DNA from: Strigamia acuminata | Taxonomy: Eukaryota | Direction of reading: 5' to 3' | Assembly: GCA_949358305.1 (NCBI GenBank) | Contig: OX442314.1 | Span: 23,374,001 to 23,438,000 of the forward strand | DNA: 64,000 nucleotides | Shown: positions 27,401 to 39,400 of the stretch, one piece after another | Position numbering within the stretch: position 1 is the stretch's first letter | Layout of the letters: each line of letters starts with the position of its first letter | Program-made: the position numbers and the translations under genes | Notes under the pieces: model-generated | Database searches by the model: none | Seen by the model: only the letters and a program-made list of their open reading frames with translations | What the model was told of the DNA's origin: nothing

Positions 27401-30400
27401 GGGCGAAACACTAACAGGCGCAAGTCACTCATATTTTTTAATTTTAATTTCAATGTGGAAATCATTAATTTCATTCAACACCCTTTTTCTAACACTAATC
27501 CTTCATATAATCTGATTTTCATAAAAAATTCTTCATAAAATAATCCACACATTTTGTAATTATTTAAAAAATATATAAAAAAAAATTAATTTAACAAAAC
27601 TACAATTAAATTTATAAACAAATCACCCCCCCCCCCTTCCCCCCAAATTATAATTTTTTAAAAATTATTTAAAACAAAAAAAAATTGATTTGAAAAAAAA
27701 ATGTTTTGCATCCATTTTTAAACTCGATAAAAAAGGTAGAAAGTAAAGAAATGGAAGGTATAGGGGGAGGCATTCAGTTTTGCCTCGCGAACGTCATCTT
27801 TGGCCCTCTGGTGGCGGCTGTGGGAGATGATCCCATCCATCATGCGGTGGCGGCGGTGACAGCGGTGCGGGCGACGCATTACCGCCGCTCGGCCGCTTTC
27901 GCTCGGATACGGCACAAGCAACACGCGCGCACGCGCCTCTCTCGTCTCCATGTCTGATGCCTGCGTTTCACACTTGATAAGCATCCCCGTGAACACCACC
28001 TCCTCTCTCGGTGAGGGCGGTGCCTTTTAATATCCTCGCGTCTCTACTGCAAAGTGGGAATCTCTCCCTCCTATACCCTCCACCTTCGATAAATCACTCA
28101 CCCACCCCCGCATCACATGTGCGCATGCCTGATGATTGCCTCTGAACAACCTCGGTCATTCGTGCATCGTGGTCATCACCAAAAATTTCCATTTTATTTA
28201 TTTCTTCTAAACAACACTTGAAATATGCAAATTTTCCACCCCCAAAAAAAAAAATTTTAAAAAAAATTACAGAAAATGAAGTTTATCTTTATTTCAAAAT
28301 ATTTGTCTGTTTTCGAGTAACCTCACGATCCGTTTGTTAGGGGGGTTTAGCAAACGTCTGTGGTTCATCGGTTCTAATTCCCTCATGATTTGTCAATGTC
28401 ACGTTTACAATTCGCCCTTTGCCATCCTCTCACCCTCTTCTAATCACCAAAGAGCATTTGCCACTCATTCACGCATTCACAATGCTCCTATCACCTGAAA
28501 ACCTTCCCAACACAACTTTTTTTTCCCCAACACAAACAAAATACCAATTCAACTCCAACCCAAACTAATTTATTTTTTTTTAAAAAAAAATCCAAAAAAA
28601 AAAAAAAATCCAAATAATCAACACCTGCAAAAAAAAAAAACATTTCCAACTCGAAAAACTTTTTAGAGAGACAAATAAATGTGCTCCCCCCATTCCCCAT
28701 CAGCAAATCAAAGCTTCATTTGACTTGAAATGAAGTGAAAGATTCTCTCGCGTCGTAACCATAGCAACAAAGGGTGGATAATCTCCAATACCCATAGTGG
28801 AAATTAGCCCAGCATGTGGTAATGATGCAATTGATTTCTCTCATTGGCAAACGTGACGTATTTTGAGGCTGCTCCCAAAAACCACAAACTTAACCACCTA
28901 CTTATGAAAGGCGTTCAACCATTGGCCGAGAAACGAGACGACGCCATTGGTGTGTCAGGGTTGCCCGTGTGCGAAACATGGCGAGGGGTAGGGTGGCGTT
29001 CATGTCCGCACGTGAGTAGGCGCGCAGCTCATAGTATCGGTGAATCAGTTTACATCATGACCACACGATCCCGTAGTCAGGTAAGACGCCTTTCGCTTTA
29101 TCTCTCTCACACCTGGCCAGCCTGTCAATACCGTAACGCCCACTCACTACACCCTACACACAATTCATTTCCACTAACACCAAATCCAAACAAAATGCAT
29201 TAAAAACCAAATGGATTCACCTGTTGAATCACCATTCCCTCTTTCCTCGTCTTAAAATGAATCACCATCGTTTTATTATCAGAAAGCAAAACTTTTACGA
29301 CAAGTGAAACTCAACACCCGAAAAGGTTAACGTCAACCTTGTTTACATACGCTGAGCTCACCCAAGACCAAACCTTAAAGTCCCATCAAGAAAAAATAAA
29401 TAAATAAATAAATAAGAGTGCGGGGAGGGAAGGAAAGGGATGCGCGGATGCAACACTCCTAATCACAGTCCCCTATCTGACACTCAAGTGAGCAACATCT
29501 GTCGACACTGGTTAACTGCCAACGACGTCCTGATTGGGTCTCCCTCCACCCCTCTCTACTAACAAACAGAATGACCTCATATACGTGTGTCATCTTATCT
29601 CACCACTTGGACAGAAAGGGCGGCGATAAGGGCGAATAAAGGCAATCAAAACAACTAGAAATTCACCGACTTTACTCGAAATATTCACTAATCACAAATA
29701 GGCGTTTAATCCTCCGCAATTGCGAAAGCCCAAATGACTCGTGTGTCCACTGTGGGGAGGCAGCTTATTGCTTAATTTGCGTCGACTGCCAATTATGTCT
29801 AATCTCTTTTATGATCTACGTTTCTCATTAGCCTTAAACTAATTAAAAGCTATATACCAATTGAAAAGTTAATTAACGCCTCACTCGGCAGTCTTTCGGG
29901 AGGAGAGCGCTCAAAGTGATCCTTTGAAACACTTTAAGAAAGACGTCGCAATTGCTCATCGTTTGCGTCAAGAGGTCGCCCTGCCCAATAAAATTGGCCT
30001 CGGCAAACAGACAACAGAAACGAGCAAAGAGGAGACCACAAAGGCAGCGGGAGGGTGCGGGGAGGGGGACGTGTGAGGCCAGTTATGGTGAGGATGCGTT
30101 CTACTCAATGGGGTGTCTCATTTATCACGCACGCGCAGAATAGAGCCGCGTGTCCACCACCCCCTCTTTCCTCCATATAATATGTCCCCCAAAAGGAGAG
30201 CCTGTTCACAGTTGCAACTTAATTATGGATGTGCCAGCAACAGACGGGGCTAAGAATTGAGGGGAGGATAAAGGGATTCTCCCCTCGTTCTCTCTCTCTC
30301 TTAGACTTATTTCCCTCTTGTATTCCCACAGGTTAGGCCTAAAGTGGTATTGTTCAATTTGGCTCTGCGTTAGGCGAGTTGCAGCTTCGGTTATTCGAGC

Positions 30401-33400
30401 TAATCAAACAGATTTCCGTGATGTGCATTTTTCATTTCACGGTCAGGAAATCGAGGCATTTTAAAACATTATATTGTAACTGATAAGCAATATTGTTTTT
30501 TTTTTTAATTTTAAATATTTAAAAATTTAAATTTTTTTAAAGTGTAAAAATTCTTATCAAATAGAAAGTAGGAAACTTTCAATCTATGGCGAAGCAAAGT
30601 CAAACATTGCGAAGCTTTTGATGTGTGATTTCGTCCCTCCCATTCTAATTTCCACAATCCTTTCGTCGTTCTAAGAGAAACCTGAAATCAATTTTCAATA
30701 AATCTCGGTGTGTTCAATTAAGTTGCGACTAATTTCGCCAAAACGTCCAAAGCAGATGCGTGAATTGTGAATTGCTCAACCCAACAAGGGGAGAAAACAT
30801 ACCATAGAGATTAAAGCCCAAAAGTAAAATATTTACATACTTAAAGTTAAAACAAATCTCAAAAAAAAAATAAAAAAAAAATATTCTTTCTCCAGTTCTT
30901 TGTCCTAAACAATCCAAAGTTCACTGATAATTTTTACATTACTGAAATTCGGTCGATTGCATGGGGCTACATGAATTGTGGCTCATCATTTGTTTGCAAT
31001 GTTGGGTATATGTAAATATAATTATAGAATCTCAACTACTAAATATCCTCTTCCCCCTCAACAAAAATCAAATTAAGTTTGAGGGGGAAGGGGACGAGAA
31101 AAAGATCAGCAAAAGCCAGACCGGATTTTAATCATCAACAGCGATGGATTTGAGTCAATAGGAGACAACATGAAACGAAAAATCTCTTGGAGATACAAGA
31201 ATTGTTCAGATTAATTGTACAATGAACTTTACAATTTTTTTCCCGTCTTTTTTATAAATAGGACCGAGGATTTGTCTGTTCAAACTCGTCCTCCTATAGA
31301 AACACTTTCTTTTATCTAAACTAGTTTCAAGAAATATCTTAAGACAGATCAAAGCTCATGTTGTTTTTCCGCATTCTCCCGACCCCCTCCATTTACGGCA
31401 TTATACAGTTATTATAAAAAAAAAGCATTTAATTTAATTTCTAAATAAAAAAAAAAATAAATTAAATTAAAAAAAAAAAAAAAAAAATCAAAAATTTTTT
31501 TTACACGATTTTTATGCAGAAAAATTTCGCCAGCTGGCACTGATGTGCTAAAGGGGTGGAAAGGTTGGAGCAAGCACGGCACTTTGAGAGAGTCTTCCAA
31601 CAAGCTCGCTGTTTCCTAAATCATCCCGACACCCCTCGTTGCTCTCTATAGCGTTCGCTAAACGCTGGTAGTTCCTCGTGTCATGAATCCGAGCCGCATT
31701 TCGGGTTTAAACTCCACCCCTCGCGAACCCGCCTCGTTTCTCATATGAGAATCCTGAGCAGTCATATTCTCTTTTCCCCAAGATAAATTTCGCTTCATTT
31801 CCATAATTCGGCAGTCTCGCCACCACATTGGGTTCGTATCTCTGCCTTAACCCAAAATCAGACAACTTTCGCTCCAACTTAGCACTACTGCTCCCACAAA
31901 CTTCTTCCAAAAACACAACCGCAAATAAAACATCCATTTATAGCGCGCGATAACGAATAAATAAAAAACAAAGTTGAAAAACTAACTTTTTAATCTATGG
32001 GTGTCAACCGAATTGTATAATACAAAGTTTACTTTTTTCAAAGCAAAAAGAGAGGAAAAAATTTCCAGAGCACCTTGCACTTTAGTCACAACAATGTTGA
32101 TTACTTCCTCTGTCACCGATATAAATAATTGATATAACGGCTTGATCATTATTTGCCGTTAGAGCAAAAAGATAAGAAGAAAAAGCTCTTAATTGCACCG
32201 CACTTATCTGTGTATTCTGAGATGGAGTCCAGTGCCATCTGGTGCCTTTATGGTCACTTCGTGGGTAGCCTCGTTTTAATTAGGGGTCTCATGTCTACAC
32301 ACAAACTCTCCCCATCCTCTTTCCGTATAACCTTTTACCAACCCTCCCTTGCACAAATCTCTCTCTCCCACACACATACAAATCCCTTCCCCTACTTATT
32401 GCTCATGTAGTCATGTTGGATTAGAAATCAGTTGACTCAACCCGGTTTGAGGGTCAACCAACATGGTCACTTGACACTTAAAAATACACTTTACAACTAA
32501 AATTAACAATTTTAGCCTCCAAAATGGATTTAATGCAAACTTTAATCAATCCATATGATTCAAAAATGTATTTTACAATGTACAACACAATTATGTATAT
32601 TATTTGTACATTAAATTTAAATAACGTATTTTATTGATTTGTCAACAATTACAATTTCGGTTTTTCGTTTCTTACATTTGTTTAACGTAACAAACGAAGT
32701 CTGAACGTCACGAACGAAGCGTACGTTCATCTTTCGTGAGGTTAAATACGGAAACAATACCGTACTTTTGCAAAAATACGGTATCCTTGGTGTCTCAGCC
32801 GCGGCTACAATTCGAGGGCGACTCTTAATCGGTAAATTAATTAATTCGAATCTAAGAATAACAAACAAAAGGCATTTCCTCCTCTTCTGCCTGCAATTGC
32901 AATCCATGTATCAGTTTGCAACACTTGCAAAAGCCAAGATAAGACTCGTTATTGCTTATGTCATTTCCTCTTTTACACGGAAGGTGCCAGATTTGTCATC
33001 ACGTGAATAGCGAATGTTCTTGTTACACTTTGACTATAAAAAGAAAAAATTCCACCACTCCCCGCACCTTCTACCTCCCGTGTTGTCACCCTTGATCTGC
33101 GAGTTTGCGATCATTGGTCAATTTCCTGCTTTGTTGCCAACTTCCGGTGTGTGTGGGCAACAACGATTGTCCCGCATATCCTGAGGTGCATGGCAACAGA
33201 CAACATTTACCGTGCAAATCTCGTAATTGATTCTCTGCACTCTTCATTTTTGAAAAAAAAAAAACACAAACAAAGCCAACAATTGCATTCATCACGTTCG
33301 TTTGAAACAATGGGGAAAACAACGAAAATAAATCCCTAGAATTTGCACCTGAAAAGCTTCCTCACTTGTGGAAGAAGGCCTTGACGAAAGGCCCAGGGGC

Positions 33401-36400
33401 TGCATCCTTTTGCCTTATCACAGGAGGCATTACAACTTGTTTGTGTACGAGGAGTGGAGGGAAGCGATAGAGGTGCGTTGAGGCTCCTTCCTTCAACACA
33501 CGTGTCCTGAAAAAAAAGGGACCTGAAATCACTTCAGGATGTTTTCTTAATTAAACACGGAAACCAAATATTAAAAAAAATAAAAAAAAATAAAAAAAAA
33601 TATATTTTTATTCTGATAAACACAAAATTCGCAGATTTAAGTGTGAAGGTCAGATGGCGATGACAAGTGTGCAGGGGGGAAAAAAGTGTTTACACAAAGT
33701 AAAAGTTGTGAAATCACGATTACAAAGTCGGAAAGGAACTTGAAACGATACTCCCAAGAATCTCCTCGTGTTCCCACCGTCGGATCGCGCTTGATTTGAC
33801 CTTTTTTTCCGTCCACCACATCAGATTTCACCTAATTTAGCGCTCGAATCGGTGTTTGTCGCGTCGAAACGTGGTTTTTCCTTTAATCAATCGCAACTGT
33901 TTTTGTTGGAATCGAATGAAGAGTCACGTCTGTCTCTCTCTCCCCTCTCTTTTATGTAAAACATGAAGCGTCTGGTTACAATACTTCGTGCACCTCACCT
34001 TTTACCCTTTTGCTATCTACGAAGCCTTGGAGTCCTGCGCATGCGCACTTAAATAATAAACCCGAAACGCGTCTAGATTTTATGAGATGAAGTCTCAAAG
34101 TGCTGTACGCCCATCCCAACCCATGCTCGGGTCACGCTCCTAAACGCCTACGATTTCTTTCTTATTTTTCCTGCTTCTGGCATATATTTCCATACGGCAA
34201 GAAACAATTTTTTTTTAAAAAAAATCTTCTCTGGTTTCAACAAATTCTTCCACTTTCATCTTTTATTTTTATATTTGCGGTGCCAGTAGAATCTGTTTGC
34301 GGTTAAATTAAATTGAATGTCACCACAAACGCTCACTAAACGTGTGCCTGTGTGTGTATGCGGGTGGAAATAGAATGCGATCAATAACCAATCAATAATG
34401 ACGTCCTTGGCAAGGGCGAACGAAGTTGTTCATTATTTACAGCAACATGCAACACGAACGAAAGAAAAAAAGCCACTTTCAGGCTCCAAAGACATGTATA
34501 AAGTCAATGGGGAATCCGACCGAGGGACTTCGTGCCACTTTTTCCTCGATATCGATTTTCGCTTGCCCAAAACGAATTGAAAAATAAATAAATAAATAAA
34601 TAAAACAGATTGATACGCGCTAAATTAGGCGCCGTATAACTAAACTCTTAATAAAACTTACAATTTATCTCCCCAAAAATAAATAATTCGCAAAAAGGCA
34701 AAACAAAACAATGGCAAATAAACGGATCAACAAAATTTCTCTTTTGGGTTTTTACCAAAAGATTTATCAAATTGTAATATATAGAAATAAAGATGATCCA
34801 CATCAAAACTTATAAGTTAGGTCTAATAAACGTTTAATTTCACCGTTATTATACGACATATGCGACTTTACGTTAGTTAGCGGCGGCATTTGTAAACGAT
34901 TTTAGTGAATCTAGGTTTCGTTAAATCCCACATAGCTTCTTTTTCCTGTTTATTGTTGCCGCCTGCCTTTGTAGATCGTCATAAATAGCACACACCTGCC
35001 TTTTAAAAAAAAAATTGAAAATGTCCACATTTTCAATAGGCTACTTAATCTTCGAGGAACCCGGAGGCCAGATTTGCGAATTATGGGGGAAAAGTATAAA
35101 AAAAAATATAATAAATAATAAAATCGAGAAGATTTTTTTCCCATCAAAGAATTATCCTATCAACATCTGTTTCCTATACTCTTATTACGTTTTTATTATA
35201 CCCAAAACGTGAACGTGGCATTCATTGTTCCAATTTTTTGTGCTCATGCTCAGATGACGAGGAGGAGGTGGGAGACTTGGCCACTACAAGCAGAGAACGC
35301 CCCCTCACGGACCCACTGACATCAGAGGGGAGCGAAGGAGACGACGAAGACGAAGGTGACGACGAGGACGACAACGACGACATCGGCCTCGGTGGCACGG
35401 CTGACGAAAAGCATCGGCCACACATGGACGCTTTAACAGGTGACAAAACTACACCCACTCACGCCGCCTTGTGCCTCCTCGAGGACAGTGGTCTGCCGGA
35501 CCAAGTTGAGCTAAAGGAGTCTCAAGTGTACGGGTTGGGAGTGTGGGCTCGCACACGAGTTATCAGTAACACGCATTTCGGCCCTTTCCTTGGACGCCTG
35601 CGTTCCGTGCCTGTTTCCACCGCTTATTCATGGCAGGTAAGATTAATTTTCCGTCCATTTAAAAACAAAAATTCCGTTTTTAATTATAAATTTATAATTT
35701 TACACATTTATTACACGTGAGAGAACTTTAACATCTCGTTACGACATTATTGCACTTTTATTAAAAGATAAAACGAAATAAAATAAATAAAAATCCAAAC
35801 CACTAAATCCAGCGCTCGTTTTCCCCTTCTAACCCTATCATCGTGTGTTATTGTACTTCCGGTACCATTTACGATAAAATGGAACCTCTTGAATAATGCC
35901 ATTAATGAAATCACCTTTTTTTCCTGTGAAGAATGATCCCATAAAATATAAAAGACTTTTTCAAATAAAAATCACTGAACTCCCATATCACTTAGCCCTC
36001 ATATTGGGTTACCCCCTCCCACTCACATACCCGCTATTCATTCAACTCTTCTACAGCCCCCACTCCCACTTGTGCCCCTTATCTTGCTCCAAACCCCCTT
36101 ATACGAGTCTTCATAAAAATTCACTCCTCTCATGGGTAATTTTTTTTCGATGGCCCACTTAAGTTGTCATAAATACTACCCGCCATTTTTCTCTACACCT
36201 TTCTAATTAAATGTTAGACATCTTTTATAGACCCCCAACTCCCTTTCCCCCATCTTATTACTTCTTTTAACAACTAGTGCCATTGTATCATCCCGCTTTT
36301 AATGCCTTCTATATAATCTAATAACTTTGTAACGTAAAATGAAAAAAAATACGCTTACGGTAAAATGCTCTAATAGACCGCGGGTCGAAATTTACCAAAA

Positions 36401-39400
36401 CGGCTCAATTCAACGTCGAAATTGAACAAAACGACTAAAATAAATGTCTAAATTGAACAAAACGACTAAAATAAACGTCTAAATTGAACAAAACGACTAA
36501 AACAAATGTCTAAATTGAACAAAACGACTAAAATAAATGTCTAAATTGAACAAAACGACTAAAATAAATGTCTAAATTGAACAAACCGACTAAAATAAAT
36601 GTTTAAATTGGACAAGAACACTGAGAAAACAACAAGTGTGGCAGTGAAGCCAAGCTCGGATTCTTTTTAGCGACATTAATTCGCGTTGTCATCATCTTTA
36701 ATCAAAATTATATTGCTGAATTAAGTTGTTGATCAAGTGTGGGCCCTAAGGTCAAAATCTTTAGTGGAACTTGATTGCGCTCTAATGAAGAGATGAGGGG
36801 AGAGTGAAAGATGTCGCATCACTCCCTCTGCTTCCATCCCACTAGTAAATTTTCTCTGCGCATGTGCATGAAAGGGAGTCACAGTAATTAAACAATTAAC
36901 CCTAATAGACTCTTCATTAAAAATGGCGAGTGCGTCTAGGTATGCACACTGCCAACAAAGGACTATACTTATTCAGATGTCACGTGGGGGTTATGTAGGA
37001 AAGGGGTAAGTGTGTAATGAACGCGAGCGTTCCCCACGCCCCTGGTGTCAGCTTGTCGGAGCATCAAACGCTGCAGATTTTCCGTTTGTGATTGGATCTC
37101 ATCCATCACATGATTAGGGCGTTATCATCATCGCTCCCTCTCGTGGCGAGTGACACAGATTGAGCTGCATGGACCCCACTTATTTATGACCAGAACATGT
37201 GTCCCTAACAGACACAAGGGAAATAGACGGGAGAAAAGTGTCCCGCCTACTCTTTTCATTTCATTACGTTCTACGCATTAAATTATAACTGTCCCAATAA
37301 TTAAAAAAATGGCGTTCACATTTCACCAATTCCTTCCTTTCTTCCTCTCGTTTTCGACCCAAAAAACATTACAGTCTGTCCACAATCCTTCCAGTAGGTG
37401 CAAATTCTGGACAAAGTCATTTTAATGTGTGTATAAACAGTTTAACGGCCTATTTACACGCGTAATGTGTATAAATACGCAATTCTAGATTCATAAAGTC
37501 ATGTGTAACGTGTTTTGTTGTTTAAATGTGGTGCGCATGCCCACTGCGACTAAAAACAAGACTAATTCGGCCGCCATTTTTCAAGTTAGATCGAGACAAT
37601 CAGTTTAAACATGTTGTTTAATTGACTCTTTTGAAGCGAGTTTTCTAACAGTGCCATATGGACATTAAAAATCCAAACTTGGATATGAAATAAGTTTTCG
37701 TCAACATGTGAAACCAGTTTCATCCAATTCTGAAGTTTCAGACATTGCCATTTGTCCTAACAAGGGAACTGAAGAGCTCTCCTTAGTCCTTATATACCTC
37801 TCAAGCCAATTCCCGCAGGGATATACAAGCAGTTTCTATGGCAACCGTCTCTTTTGTATGGGGACCACCGGTCGGTTCTGTATCAGTCAACGCCATCTCT
37901 GATTTGGTGGAGGCTGCGTGGGAGGGCTTTGTTCACACACCCCTGTCCCAACTCTCTTTAGTCATGGATATAAGTTGGTGTGACTTGTCCCTGGCCATTT
38001 TCTCATCTGAATGAACATGAGATTAGCTTACAGTACCTTCAGTTGACTTCAGATTGTCTTTCAAGGAGGGAAAGAGAATTTAATTGAAAATATAACAGAA
38101 GCTTGAAGCCAAATAGTCGTCTGAAAAGATCAAAGATAACATTGGAAACGAGTTTCCCCTTCTCCAAATTAACTTTCAAAGAAATGCGACATTTTTAATC
38201 AATTCATAATTATTTGCCACGAAAAAAAATGTGTGTCAACTTAACCACAACAAGCAATTTATTGTTATTGCAACAAATCAACAATCAAAGGTCAAATACC
38301 GAATAGTTAACAATCAAACTTGAAATATTAATAACAGAATCTCCTTAAACCAAAAAAAAATTTCAATAAATCAAAAATTCAAAATTCTAATTTTCACAAT
38401 TGTAGTTGCCGTTAAAACAATCATTAATAGTATAAAAAGAGTTTGCTAGTCACACTTTATAAAAATAAATTTGATTAGATCTTAATTACAAAAAATCAGA
38501 AATAAAATGAGTGAATCTACGTCCATCATATTTTTAGATTTGAAATAGAGACAGTTTTCTGGCTTGCATGTCTCGCCATAACGTCCTCGAACGTTCGTAG
38601 GGAAAAACAAAGATTATGGACACACCGCAAATGACAGGGAAAAAAGAAGCCAGATTTGGTAAAATATACATATTACGATGAATATTCAGAGCGAATGTGG
38701 AGTACACACGAGGAGGCTGCTGGGAAAACTATGGCCCAAAGGTTGAAGATGAAACGCCGACTTCCCCTTTATCGTTGACTATAAAAATTTCATGCAATCT
38801 ACTGTGTATGCAAAGATATCGATTCAAAACGGTAGCATAGGAAAATTAAAGCACTCCGTCAAAACTCAAACAAGGGACGTCAAAAAAGCGACTCGTTTTT
38901 GAAAAATCCCTCAAAAACGTGGAAGATGAGCCACTTATTAAATCAATTCTTATTTTTATACTTTTTTGATTTATTTCATTCACAAACAGCTGTGGGTAGG
39001 ATAAGGGAGTGCTAGGGGTGGGTCCGTTAATTAATCGAGAGGCACGCTCACTTGGGCCCTGGTGGGAATTGCAAGAATTAAACTTTAATAGAACCTATAT
39101 ACGCGACGCGACGCGTTTTCTCGCTCTCTCTCTCTCTCTCGCTCTTTCTTTCTCTTCTGGTTCGTTATTATGCTTGTGCGCGTGCGCTCTTGAGCGATGG
39201 CCGACTGACTCGAATGGTCTAATGAAGGAACGCCGTAAATTTCCCGCCGAAAAAGTTTGAACGCGATGCGGACACATTAAAAATTCCTGTCTCTCTTTCA
39301 ATCTCCCCAAATTGAAATTGAAAAGTCATTTTTATGATCGCCCACGCAAAAGTCATTAAAGGAGAGTCAAGTGAAAAAATGGGAACGGATAAAAGAAAAA

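Noticed and set aside
22148..33010. Two ORFs sharing the peptide ILGVSAAATIRGRLLIGK as paralogous genes
   Set aside because: The shared peptide is a chance translation of the two Tc2-type MITE copies.
36384..36615. 31-bp repeat array as a CRISPR array
   Set aside because: Units are head-to-tail with no unique spacers, there are no cas genes, and the context is a eukaryotic intron.
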